63,976 bases of DNA, filler included, from Reticulomyxa filosa (GCA_000512085.1; 24 parts of 24 records of this genome joined end to end with filler, not necessarily neighbours in it); one strand, 5' to 3'. Shown: positions 13,571 through 26,761, counted from the first letter of the whole stretch. The notes: generated by a model from the sequence alone, not told the origin. Program-made: numbers and translations.

Positions 13571-13934
13571 TTTACTTTCCTCTTGTTTTGCAATATTATT
13601 TCCCAGGCAACCGCCGTATAAATTTAAATTCACTCAAAACTTTTTGAAACAACCCAACAGAAACACTGCGTTGCCGAAACAGTGGTCACTACAAGAATTT
13701 TTCATTAAAGCTGTTAATCATGCCTAAACGCTTATAATTTTCACATGAAACAGCTATTTGAAAGTTGGATACATTTGTCATGATGAAGGCTTTACTTGTG
13801 GCGCGTGTTAGGCTTATCAAAAATAAGCAAGCAAAAAGGAGTGTTGTCGAAAAAAGAGAATTTTTAGGAATGGATTTCCAGAATGAACGAATCAACATTG
13901 GAATCAAGTAATACCAATACTTTTAATATGGACA

Positions 13935-14350
13935 ATGACGTGCCCACCGTATGTGTTTTTTAAATATTTAGCTGAGTTTTGTATTAATTTCTTATTTGTA
14001 GAAAAAAAGACCGTTTTTTGTTAACTGAATATAAGCCTCGACGTATAATAAGATACAAGCGATCATCGAATGAGTATCGTGTGCAATGGAACCACCCGAA
14101 TTCCCAACTTGGGCTGTTAGGGACGTGGGAAGACGCTAAGAAGTTTGGAGAAAAATACCCCGAAATTGTGAAGCAATGGACGAAAACGCAAAGCGAGAAG
14201 CAGCAGCAAGGAAAGCCAAGCGCAACAGTTTCAAGCGCCAAAGAGGATACCCCGATCAAGCCAGAAGAGATACAATCAAATGAGCCATGCGATGAAAAGC
14301 TAGCATGTTCGAGTATGCAAACGTTGAGTGCACAGTTTGCAAACAAATGA
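13935..14350 (+). CDS. Chromodomain-like protein (probably 3' partial)
   Basis: MTCPP|(intron 13949-14001)KKDRFLLTEYKPRRIIRYKRSSNEYRVQW...TWEDAKKFGEKYPEIVKQW fits the chromo pattern Y...I......EY.V.W......TWE. Confidence 0.65.
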
Positions 14351-14386
14351 AGATCTATCAAGACCTTGCATATTTTTGTGTCTACT

Positions 14387-14425
<39 letters not shown>

Positions 14426-14525
14426 NNNNNNNNNNNNNNNNNNNNNNNNNNNNNNNNNNNNNNNNNNNNTTAATTAATTAANNNNNNNNNNNNNNNNNNN
14501 NNNNNNNNNNNNNNNNNNNNNNNNN

Positions 14526-15808
14526 CAACATATCAGTATCAAAATAATAATGAACCCACTCATGATCAATCTCTTTAATACGTTGAATAAATTGAAAATA
14601 GGTTTGATTGGTTGATTCGTCAATAATGAAGGAATCACTTGAAAATAAAACATATCAGCATCAAAATAATATTGAACCCACTCATGATCAATCTCTTTTA
14701 ATACTTTGAATAAATTTGGGAAAGTTAGATTGATAAAATTGATGGAATTGGATTCGTTCAGTCGAATTAAGATACAATTGAAAATAGGTTTGATTGGTTG
14801 ATTCGTCACGACGATAAAATGCTCGATTTTGAATGGCATTAATCTTTGCTTTTGCAACAAGAGCTTGCTTCACTACTATTCTGTTATATATTTCGTCGAA
14901 GTCAATATTCAATTGCTTTGAAAGAACTTTCATCAACTCTGCGTGATTGAGAGTTTCAATTGATAATGGCACACATTCATTTGATTTATTCCCATTTTCT
15001 TTGCAGATTGCATTGTACTTTTTTTTTTGGAATACAAAACTCTTGTATTCCTGATCTCTAAACCATGTATAAATCACACTGCCTAAACGAATTCGATATC
15101 CAACATTGTGACTTCTCATATAACAATTTTGTGCATCTTTTTGAATTGGACGATATGGCCAATTTTACACTATTGATAATACATTTCCTTCATGAGGAGG
15201 ATTATTACCATTACAATACAAGTGCATCATACTCTCATTGCTATCACCATCTTTCAATTTAGTTGCATTTGTAATGTACTTTTTTAACCATTCTTTGTTT
15301 TTATCAATATCTGAATCATTTGATTTAAAATAAGCAACCAAATAAGGTTGAATCAATGCATCATCCTTTGGATGAGGTGTATCAGATGGAACTGTGTCCA
15401 TCCATCGATTATCCGCTCGCACCAAAACAAAAATCCAATATTTTACATAACCCCAGATAAACACAATGGCCTTTATGACCAACCACCAAACCCATTTCAC
15501 AATATGAATTTGGTTTCACATTTACCAATCGACTCACCACATTGCAACTCCAATCATCCATCAAATCCGGACATTTGCGTTTAAACTCTTCAACTGTGAT
15601 ATAATCCCAATAAGTTGTTAATTGAACTTGCAATTCTTTCACGCCCTTTTCATATACTTGCTTGAATGTTGAACCCCTTGGTAATCGCATCTGACTTGTT
15701 CCTTCCTGTTTTAATCCAATACATATTTCAAACAATAAGAATATTCGAAATGTTAAAAATGAGCATGAATCCCATCCTTCATCAAATTTTTTTACATTTG
15801 AATTTTCT
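14526..15808 (-). pseudogene. Intronless disrupted ORF of unknown family with local duplications
   Basis: ORFs 15409-15735, 15165-15500 and 14688-15119 are consecutive; the last two are in frame across a single TAA. Duplicated blocks lie around 14530-14620, 14650-14720 and 14778-14808. Confidence 0.45.
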
Positions 15809-15910
15809 NNNNNNNNNNNNNNNNNNNNNNNNNNNNNNNNNNNNNNNNNNNNTTAATTAATTAANNNNNNNNNNNNNNNNNNNNNNNNNNNNNNNNNNNN
15901 NNNNNNNNAA

Positions 15911-15948
<38 letters not shown>

Positions 15949-16009
15949 CATCAATGAACATATATTACTCTCTTGATGTTGCAAATTTGTGTTGGATCAT
16001 GTTTAAAAG

Positions 16010-17672
16010 ATATCGTCATCGCAAGCTCCCAAATCGACCACCTAGTCCTCCGGTGCCCGTAATGCATAGCCCTCCCAGGATGGTGACGCAGGAAGACCAG
16101 AAGAATTGGAAAATCCCTCCTTGCGTTTCCAGCTGGAAGAACAGTCGGGGGTACACTTTGCCACTGCATCAAAGATTGGCCGCGGATGGACGCAGTCTGC
16201 AAAATCATGCCATTAACGACAAGTTTGCCAAATTCACAGAGTCATTGCACATGGCGGAAAGGCAGGCGCGTTATGAGGTCGAAGAGCGTGCCAAGATGCG
16301 ATTGCTATTAGCCAAAAAGAAAAAGCAAGAAATGGAAAAAGAATTGACCAACATTGCCAAAGCTGTCAAACAAACATTTCAAAGTTTTTTTTTTTTAATG
16401 AAAAAAAAAAAAATGTTAATTGTGATATTATATAAACTATATACCATATGCAAATAATACAATGAATAGGCGGAAATCCACACACGTCGGGGACTAAAGA
16501 GAAAGAACACTCCAACTCACCTGACAGTGATCATAACCATGTCCAAGGAAAAGAAAAACGTCGCGATGTCCGTGACTATGATAAAGAGAAGGAAGAACGC
16601 ACACGCCAAGAACGCGAGCGCAAACGAAGAACCAATGACAGTGACAATGGCGAGGATGAAGATGAAGACGCCGTGACGGAGAAACAGATACGTGATCGAC
16701 AAGCGCGTGACAAGATTCGACAAGAGCGAGCCAAGGAACGAAAACGAGAGTTTCGATTGGAACAATCCAAACACCACTCGTCTCGTCAAAGGGAACGAGA
16801 TATCACTGAAAAAATCGCTTTGCAACAATTGAACACAAAAAAGTCAGGAGAATCAGTATTCGATCAACGCTTGTTTAATCAAGAGAGTGGAATTGGGTCC
16901 GGTTTTGAAATTGATGATTGTTACGTAATAATAAACATGTATTTGTTTATTATTATTATCATATGTTTGCTTGTCTTATATGACAACAGCGTACAACTTG
17001 TATGACAAACCTTTGTTCAATGCCACGTCCAAAAAAATTTATCGACCCAAACATATGGATTTGGAAATGTATGGAAACGAAGAGGAACACCAAGATATCG
17101 ACAAGCTGCTGGAACAATCCTCCAAATTCAAACCACACAAAGGATTTGAAGGGGCAGAAGCCATTCGTGGCCAGAGACACGCTGGCGCGCCTGTGGAATT
17201 TGTTAAAGCCGGTATAGACGCAGACGATGTCAATTATTCGAAAAACTTAGTCCCAGGCTTGCAAGAAAACAAAAAGGCACCGACCAAAGATGAAACGAGA
17301 CAAGACAAAGGCAGATATCAACAAGACGATGGCCAAGACAGACAGAGAGAAGATAAAAGGGAAAGAGACAGATATGACAGGGAACAACACAGAGACTCGG
17401 ACAATGAAAGACGACGACCTACACACAGAGATAGAGAACGAGATGACACAAATCATAAGGACAGACATCGTGATAAAGGACATTACAATAGACATCGGGA
17501 CAGGGAACATGACAGACATCGCGATCATGGCAATGATGGGCATAAAGAACAAGACCGAGAACACGACAGAAGAAGAAGAGATACTTCGAAAGATCGGAGA
17601 AGAAGGAGAAGTCATTCCCATAGTAGATCACGATCTCAATCATACTCCAAAGAACGACATCATCGACGGTAA
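16010..17672 (+). CDS. SNW1: SNW-domain splicing factor SKIP/Prp45, 5' partial, multi-exon
   Basis: PPSPPVPVMHSPPR, WKIPPCVSSWKNSRGYTLPLHQRLAADGR, RERDITEKIAL, FDQRLFNQESG, YNLYDKPLF, FKPHKGFEGA...PVEF, followed by an RD/RS-rich tail. Confidence 0.96.
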
Positions 17673-18238
17673 TTGTGACTCTCTTTTGCGACAATTCCAA
17701 AAAAAAAAAAAACCATTGCCTTTGTGTTCCTTTTAATATCCCGAATCTTTTGGCGTTTGTGTGTTGTTGTTGTTGTTTTCGGTGACTCCTTTTTTCTTGT
17801 CATCATGGTTTAAGAGCATAACGGACTGCTCACGCTTTTGAAAAGCGTGATATAAAATCCGTATCAATTAAGTGTGCCCAAAAAAAAAAGAGAGACTGAT
17901 TTCAATAAATTTGACTAACTAAAGTGTTGTTATGTTTTTGGTTGACTTTGCAACTCAACCAAATAACAACAAACACAAGCAATACATATTTTTTACAATC
18001 ACTTTGATTATTTACAATTTGAGGCAATTGTTGAACCTTTCTGAAGAAGTATTTGTCTTATTATTGTGTTAAACACAGACTTGCAATTTCTTTTCCACAA
18101 GTAAATACAAAGATTTTACAATTGTATTGAACATACGTGTGACAGTATTTCATTTCTTTTGTTGAAACAACATTTTGAAAGATCTTTGACAACCAATGTG
18201 CAAAAAAAAAAAATAGTCAGGACCTTGTTGTTTCGATA

Positions 18239-19033
18239 ATGTCTTTAGATTTCTCGGCGAGCAATTCACAAAATGTACATATGACGTTAACGGAAACTAG
18301 CAACAAAACGTCGTCAAAAAAAGTGGTAACGCATGCCTGGTGGCATCATTTCTTAGCAGGGGAAGTGGGTGGAATGCTAGGTGCGGTCGGATGTCATCCC
18401 TTTGACACTGCAAAAGTGAAAGCTCAAGTTCTGAACACTCACAAAGTGTTACGTGAAAAGGCCTCCTCTACTCATTATAACAGCAACAATTGTGTCATAT
18501 TTTTTCTTCTCCAAAAAAAAAAAAAAAAAAGGGAGCTCGGATTGAGCATTCGCCATTAATCAAAACCCAAAAAACGACAATACAAATGAAATATATTAAC
18601 AATATAAACGAACAAAAAAAATGACGAACAGATCAATGTTTAAAATAATTCCAGAGATAGTACAAAAAGAAGGGGTTTGGGCATTGTGGCGTGGAGTCTT
18701 ATATCCATTTTTTAGCTATGGTTTGTTTTGTGCAATTTTTTTTTTTTTTTTTTCATTCCCCATTAAAAATTTCCAACAAAAAAAAAAAAAAGTACAGGAC
18801 TTTTGTTTAGCATCGCTTTTGGAGTAAACGGTATGAGTCAAGATTGGTTGATTAAACGACATCAACAAACACAAAGCAATAAAAACAAAGTATACGATTC
18901 GTCTGATTTGTCACTGATCGAGTTGTCACTTTGCGGTGCACTTGCTGGGTTTGTTTCTTCCTTTGCGAGGACCCCTGTGGAACGGGTCAAATGTTGGAGT
19001 CAAATCCACGGCACAGGGACATGGCAATCCACA
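18239..19033 (+). CDS. Mitochondrial carrier (SLC25) family protein, 3' partial
   Basis: Px[D/E]xxK signatures HPFDTAKVKAQ and TPVERVKC, plus EGVWALWRG. Intron 18721-18797 joins SYG|LLFSIAFG. Confidence 0.92.
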
Positions 19034-19185
19034 GTTGTTTTTTTTACATGCACACACTTTTTTTTTTTTTTTTTTTTTTTTTNNNNNNNNNNNNNNNNNN
19101 NNNNNNNNNNNNNNNNNNNNNNNNNNTTAATTAATTAANNNNNNNNNNNNNNNNNNNNNNNNNNNNNNNNNNNNNNNNNNNNATA

Positions 19186-19223
<38 letters not shown>

Positions 19224-19258
19224 CATATATATTCAATAAACATTTCAAATACAAATAG

Positions 19259-19986
19259 AAAATGGACAAGATCGACGGTAGCTTTGACCTTGTCGAAAAT
19301 GGCATAACTAGCCATTACGAATTGAAGGCAAGGCCTTATTTGGAAGAATTTTTGGAGGCGTGCAGTGAATTCTATCATATAATCGTTTTCACTGCAGGGA
19401 CTAAAGAATACGCAGATCAGGCATTGAATATGATCGACAAAAATAATCGGATATCCCATCGGCTGTTCCGTGATTCTCTTACATGGGTAGGCGAATCATA
19501 CTATAAAGTTTTGTTATATAAATATTTATTCATATAACTAAACTATTATCAAAACAAAACAAAAATAATAATAATAAATTAATAATAATAACAATATAAT
19601 AAATCCATAGGATATAGGTGCGTTGGGTTGGCCTCTGGAAAATATTATTTTAATTGATGATGGCAGTTGGAATTGTGAACCTTTCCCCAATAATTCCATC
19701 CGAATAGGCGCATACAAGGGCGCCGATGATGACACACAGGTATCCAAAATACTATCTTTCTTTTTTCATTTTTCCCTATTTAATTTTATTTTATTATATT
19801 TTTAAAAAATTGTTTTGTACAGCTATTACAAGTATTGCCAGTTTTATTAACGACGCTGGCAGAAGCGAATAACGTGTGCGAATATTTGGACTCCAGCCAA
19901 TCGTTTGAATGGATATGCGATAAGATGACAATGAGCGAAGAGATGACCAAGTTTTGTTTCTGTCTTCCTATATATTTAATATATAC

Positions 19987-20026
<40 letters not shown>

Positions 20027-20150
20027 ATAATAATGTGTATTTTGACTGACAAACTCACAATTATTACAACATAAACAAATAGAAAGTGGAAGGCCTTCAT
20101 TCAAAGAAGGCAAGAAAAAAAAGATTATAAAAAATAAAATTGAACATGAA
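19259..20150 (+). CDS. SCP/FCP1-like (NLI-interacting factor) HAD phosphatase, 5' partial
   Basis: RPYLEEFL...IIVFTAGTKEYADQALNMID...RLFRDS...YYK|DIGALGWPLENIILIDD...FPNNSIRI...DDDTQ|LLQVLPVL. The 3' end is approximate. Confidence 0.9.
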
Positions 20151-20696
20151 ATAAAGGTCAATTGGAGGAAGATGTCGATTGAAACGCCGAAGAAGAAGGA
20201 CAATTAAGAATGGCTACGTACTCCAAAGCATTTCGGATGGAGTCAGTGATAGTACGTAGACTGTAGTGATCACAAGTTCGCGAACGACCTATGAATATTG
20301 GTATTTGCGGAGGGAGAAGGTAGGTATGTATAGTAAAAGAAAAAAGAGAAAAAAATAAGTGGGGAAGTATGGAGGGGGGGCAATGTAGAAGGGAGAATGG
20401 GATTTGCAGAAGCCCATGCAAATAATGAAATGACCAACAATAACAACAAAAAATAAAAATAGTGGAGGTTATACTATATAACCTTTTTTTTGTTGTTATA
20501 GTTGAAGTTTTTTGTCATTATGAAGTGTATCAAAAATATAGAGAGAAGAGTTAGTGAGGAGGGGGGGGGGGGGAGAGAAAAAAGAAAATGTGAAATNNNN
20601 NNNNNNNNNNNNNNNNNNNNNNNNNNNNNNNNNNNNNNNNTTAATTAATTAANNNNNNNNNNNNNNNNNNNNNNNNNNNNNNNNNNNNNNNNNNNN

Positions 20697-21834
20697 AAGA
20701 TGAGAAAAGAATTTGGAGTGAAAGGAAGAATGTATTGGTGATTGTATTGTGCCAAGATTGAAATCCTGCTTGATATTGTGTTAATAAATTATTTTCATTT
20801 AAATACCACATCAATCTCATTGTAATTATTCTTTCCAGTAATTTTCCAGATAATAACGAAATCGGCCTGTAATTTTTACAAATGCTGTGATCCGATCTGG
20901 TTTTGGGATCGGAACAATATTTGCTCTTTTCCATAATCTTGGAACATACCCAATCTTGAAACTCCAATTAAATAATACAACCAAAGAATCAATTAATGTT
21001 TGTCCACCATTTTTGATCAAAGGGGAAAAGACCAATAGTAAAATAAATTTCAAAGTCAAAATTTGTAAAACCAATGAAAACATAAAAACAATAATCAAAA
21101 ACATTTTAATATTTCATTCATAAAATTGAGGAATACCAACGTAGACCGGTTGATATCACAAAGCCTCCAAGTTCCATAAAAACCCAGGCTCACAATTTTA
21201 AAAAGGGAGAACAGCGTGGATTTTGTTCAAATTGGGAAATAATACACTATGGTGGGATCAAAATAATCAACAATTATTAGATTTTGTTGTTGAATCTTGG
21301 ACTAATTGTGTGGTGGAATCAGCGAAACAAAGCATTGGAAAGGGAATAAGTCTTGGTGGAGTGATTCACTTCACAGAAAACGAAAACAAATCCATCGATT
21401 GAAAACAGAGATGAAGAAATGAATTGTTATCCATTATGGAATGAAGTGGATATCACTGAAGCATTAAGATATATTTCATCCCACAAGGCTCAGATAATAT
21501 TCACAATCAAATGATCAAAAATGGTGGACAAACATTAATTGATTCTTTGGTTGTATTATTTAATTGGAGTTTCAAGATTGGGTATGTTCCAAGATTATGG
21601 AAAAGAGCAAATATTGTTCCGATCCCAAAACCAGATCGGATCACAGCATTTGTAAAAATTACAGGCCGATTTCGTTATTATCTGGAAAATTACTGGAAAG
21701 AATAATTACAATGAGATTGATGTGGTATTTAAATGAAAATAATTTATTAACACAATATCAAGCAGGATTTCAATCTTGGCACAATACAATCACCAATACA
21801 TTCTTCCTTTCACTCCAAATTCTTTTCTCATCTT
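20697..21834. repeat. 323-bp inverted repeat (20697-21019 / 21512-21834)
   Basis: The reverse-complement copies give identical translations in the ORF track (20641-20967 minus vs 21564-21836 plus). Confidence 0.95.
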
Positions 21835-22385
21835 AATCCATCTCTTCATACACTATCATATGCTGAAGAGATATCCAATAGGACTGCGTATGATACTCTA
21901 TTATTATCAAATGAAGAATAAACGGATTCCGTCGTTCGTAATAACAACTCAGATAGATAGCTTACTAAATGGAATAAAATCTAATGAAAGAAAATTTGAA
22001 GTTGATACCACAAGGATCATCATTGTTATTCCTATTCCAGATAAGACACAATCGATCACGTTCAAGATGAAAAACAAAAGGAAATATCCTAAGCTGAAAT
22101 TAAAAATAAATAAGTGTATTCGATGGGGTGTATCAATTATGGTGAAATAATCACGATATTGAAAGTGATGTAAAAATAAGTTGAGAGGGAAATTATCAAC
22201 TCTGTCCAGAGCATACATTCATGCAACTGAAGTTGGTGTTCCAGATCAGAAACTTATAATTTTCCAATTGCAGAATGCCAAAGATTGATGAAAGAACTTG
22301 GAGATAATGGAGTTCCTGAGATTTATTATCAAAGTAGAATTTCGAGCAACCGGAATTGTTTAGAAGACCAGATAAACCGGCGCCA
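20697..22385. mobile_element. Rearranged, decayed non-LTR (LINE) retrotransposon fragments (reverse transcriptase, possible RNase H remnant)
   Basis: LFNWSFKIGYVPRLWKRANIVPIPKP / NYRPISLLSGKLLERII...QAGF is present on both strands. RT motif LDISSAYDSV...GVKGRMYW lies on the minus strand at about 21787-21880. Frameshifts and stops are present. Confidence 0.9.
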
Positions 22386-22485
22386 NNNNNNNNNNNNNNN
22401 NNNNNNNNNNNNNNNNNNNNNNNNNNNNNTTAATTAATTAANNNNNNNNNNNNNNNNNNNNNNNNNNNNNNNNNNNNNNNNNNNN

Positions 22486-23528
22486 CAAGTGCAAGAGATA
22501 ATTTACAGCGAGCAAAAAGAAGAGCACAACATAAACCAACGAGTATTGGAAACAACACTTGTGAATCCTATAAAAGAGTTGGAAGATAAGATATGCTTTG
22601 GTTTTCAATGCAAACACCGCAATTGGCTCAAAGTGAAAACGGTGAAATCATTACAAAATATACATACAAATGCAAATGCAAATACAATAATAAAAAATGT
22701 ACCAAATGACAATGATTTGACAATGAATGGCGGTGACAAATTGTTTATCAATTTTTTATGCTAAACCACTATATTTCAAAGACAAAATAATGGAGCCTGT
22801 TAAATGTCCAAAGTGTTCTTCACAGTCCCCAATCTTGTCCAACATATTTCCGTCCCTTTCCAGTTCAGTTTTTTATTGACTGAAAAAGGTCATTGTGTGT
22901 ATACTACATACATACATAAACATAAATATATATGTATATATGTTTGTACACTCTTACTTTTTTTTTTGAAATAAATAAATAAAAAAAGCAAGTTTTGATT
23001 GTTGACACAATCTTGCAATCTCTGACATATATGGGATTGTGAATCGATTTCAGTTGTTCCAAAAATCTGTTGTCGAAGTGGTCTTAAAGCAATTGAAAAA
23101 AGAGAACATGTCCAATTTCAACGAGGTTCTGACTTTACTTATTCTAAATAAACAAAGTTTTTTTTTTAAAAAAAAGAAGGAGCTTCAAACTTTTTTCTTT
23201 TAAAAAATTTATTTGCTTGTATTTGAATGGATGGATTGAACTATTGGGGGGAGAATATAGATTACACAATTCTGGAAAGAAAGAAATGGTTTGGACACTC
23301 GAAACCCTAAAGACATTTGAGAATGACGTCTCTGGCTATGCCTTCGAAGGGAGTGACACGCCATTTTCGACATACTCCGAATACGAGGATAGAGCCATTG
23401 GAGGCAAGGCAGACTCGGTGAATAGCAACAAGCCTCTAATCGAAGAACTTGGCTCTAATGTTGAAAATCAGATTCCAAATGTCCCGAATACGACGTATCA
23501 TTTGACTCCAGAAACAAAAAAAAGTTGA
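22486..23528 (+). CDS. Hypothetical multi-exon protein, C-terminal part
   Basis: Coding-like ORFs 22489-22764 and 23217-23528 with intron-like AT/homopolymer segments between them. No domain recognised. Confidence 0.35.
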
Positions 23529-24209
23529 AAATCACTATTTACTTGTCGTTGGAACAGAATGCCGCTACGTTGGAATTAACGGCTAACCAGATGCACATGG
23601 CCCCTCAAATCTCAATGTTATGAAAAAGAAAAACTAATTTTAACATTTAAAAACATTTTATTAATCAAAAATGGTCATACATTCTCCTTATGCCAACTTA
23701 GAACAATGTAAATCTGTTGGAAATTCAATACAGTGATGTTTATTTCCCAATTTGTGTCTCTACAAATGTANNNNNNNNNNNNNNNNNNNNNNNNNNNNNN
23801 NNNNNNNNNNNNNNTTAATTAATTAANNNNNNNNNNNNNNNNNNNNNNNNNNNNNNNNNNNNNNNNNNNNAAATATTAATTATCTTTTGTTTTCGCTCCA
23901 AAAAAAAAAAGCATGCATTTTTATATTACTTTTTGTTGCAGTAAAGACGCTTTCTTCTCATTATTAAAACAAAAACAGATAAAAAAAAATAAAATAAACT
24001 GTTGAGGCAGCTTGATCAACACGCTTGAGCGCGTTTCACTGATCACAAAAAGTAATTTTTATACGTTGCAACAGTACCACCATATCCCAGCAACAAAAAA
24101 AAAAAAAAAAAAAGAGAGGGAATGATCAACAATATTGCATTTTATTTCTAATATGCATCATATATCAAACTCTCCAACAAATCAAACAAATTACAGTTTA
24201 TATTACCTG

Positions 24210-26081
24210 CTAAAGATGTTTGCGTAACTTTTTTAGCTTTTTTTTTGCACTGAGTGTGTGCGTGTTCCACTCTCCTAACACGGCAGTAAACGTATTCCAA
24301 GCCTCTTCAAAAAATGCATATGCTCTGCTTTTTTCACCTTTTTTTTCAAACGCCAATCCCAAATCCCAGCATGAAGCGCCGACATTGTAATTTTGTTTCT
24401 GGAACACATCCCTGCCAATCTCCACGGCTTTTAAATGATATTCAATTGCCTCCTCATAGTATGCTTTGTCGAAATAAGCATTGCCTAAATTGGAATATGA
24501 CGTGATGACATCAGCATGAGCAAATCCAAAAATATCTAACCGAATTTTCATTGCCTTTTCATAATTTTCAATCGCTTTGTTAAAATGGTCTTGACTTTTA
24601 TAAGCAGCTGCACGAAAGTCAAATGCCCAAGCAACTCCAGAAAGATTGACTCCAAAGTCGTTCAACTGCATGTTTAATGAATCCTCATTATTTTCCAAGG
24701 CATTTTGTGTTTGTGCATCTGTCCAAATGCCAATTTTTTCCAATTTGCAATGCAATAACTTGTTAATTTTCTCATGTTTCATTTGTTTGTGATATGCAAG
24801 TTCGATCTTGTTGTATAAAGAAATAATGCTGGCATGAGTGAGTTCAAAAGTGTCCAAGCTGATTTTTAATGCCCATTTATTGCATTCAATCGCTTGATCA
24901 TATTGCTCGTCGTTTTCATAAGCGATAGCTAGCCTATGATACGCAATAGCCACATAAGGATGTATCAATCCAAAGGCGTCCCTAGACAATCGCAAATGCT
25001 TTTCCAAATAGATAATGGCATCAGTAAAGGATCCGTCTTGTGAATATTGCTGTTGTATGTCTTCAAGATCTTGGAGTTGCAATGGGATCTCATAATGAAA
25101 TTTAGAGTGCCACTGAATTGGCGGAATACGGCATTTCAAATGTTGGCTAATCACGGCATTGCTTGTAAAGATTTGTGTGGAAACTCTAACCTTTCTTTCG
25201 CATTTAATTTCACAATTGATAACATATATATTTCCATCAATGTTTACATCATCCAATATTAGTATTTCTCTTTTCAGCACATAGATCCAATAATGTCCAA
25301 TCTGTTTTTTTTCCACCCGCTTATTGCCAATCAAGGAATTGAATACATTGTTATGGTCCTGTTCTCTCCTTAACAATGGTATCGTAGTTTTCCATTCGTT
25401 GACGTTTTTGCCAACGACTACCAATCCCGTTTCATGTCTGCGAATCATTTGCTCAACTATTTTTGCTGCCTCCACATTTGCTTTTATCCAAGAATTACTC
25501 CAATGTTTCTTCAAATCTAAAGTTTGTATATTCTTTAATTTTATCCTTTTTTCATCATCATCATCATCATCATCATCATTATCATCATCATTATATTATT
25601 ATTATTGTTATCTTTGCTTTCATTGTCATAGATACCATGTTCATGTGCATTTTGCTGGCTCCATATTTTTGCTTCTTCTGATTTGGTGTCAGTGACCCAT
25701 TGTTCCAATCCAGTCTTCAAATGTGTCTTCAAAATATCTCCATTGCCATTTTTGCCTCCCAAAATGTGCACATAAATGTCATTTGCATCCAATATGGCCG
25801 TGCATTCGCACAGCGAATAAGGCAGAGTGTGCTCAAATTTCGTCCATTCATTTCTTCCCAGCGAATACTTGTACACAGTATTGGACACAGTATTCTTGCC
25901 ATCGGGACCATTGCACCCACCAAAGAATAGAATTTGATCACCGGAATTTACACAAGCGTATCCTTTGAATGATGCAAGATTGGCGTAAATGGGCAATTTG
26001 TGAAATGTAAAGCATCTGCTAGCTTCATCAAAGTTGATGGATAATCCCGTCTTTTTAAAGAATAACACCATTTCAGTATTC

Positions 26082-26117
<36 letters not shown>

Positions 26118-26761
26118 TTTTTTTTTCCATTTCGCTTTGATTGCTTTGGCATCATGGCAAGTCCATTCAAACCTACAAACATAAAGCAATGATACCATAC
26201 CCAATCATCTGCACTTGGAAAGGTGCTATGCACAACATATCGAAGTGTATTCAAATTAAACACGTCAATATTCTTTGGAGGATAGGTAATAAACAGCAAA
26301 TGATTTTTACTTCCACCAATAACTGCACGCATTCCTTCGTAATTATCTTTCTCTCTGCCAATGCAAACTGGTCTGTTGTTTCGATCAGTCAAAGGAACCC
26401 ATTGATTGACACATTTGGAGTCTGTTGCACTTACTTTGTTGCCACTCCAAACACTCGTGTATTTCATTATCATTGTGTGTTTGGGATATCCACCAAGAGA
26501 CAACAAAGTGATTGAATCCTCGTCACTGCTGTCTTCAAGCTTCACTACTGTATGTCCATAAAATTTTGTCTCTGCTGGATATCGACAGATTAACTTGTAC
26601 TGATTTTGGAGGATGTGGTACGAGAAGCACGCCCTTTCGTAGTAGCCACCACAAATTAATAGTTCGTGGTTATGGAACACACATTGACCACGCTTAAGTG
26701 GCAGCGGTAGCGCGGCTACTTTTTGAAAACGACACGTCAAGTCCGCTCTTGGATTTTCCAT
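24210..26761 (-). CDS. Kelch-like beta-propeller + TPR protein, split by a frameshift in an (AAT)/(GAT) repeat
   Basis: ORF 25541-26761 has Kelch GG motifs (LLICGG, LLSLGG, AVIGG, ILFFGG, VHILGG). ORF 24210-25514 has TPRs (AIAYHRLAIAYE...YDQAIE; SYSNLGNAYFDKAYYEEAIEYHLKA). Adding one base near 25590 reads NNNNDDN(D)nEKRIKLKNIQTLDLKKHW through both. Confidence 0.85.

Noticed and set aside
20467-20485. Small hairpin AGGTTATA-CTA-TATAACCT
   Set aside because: An 8-bp AT-rich stem is expected by chance in this composition.
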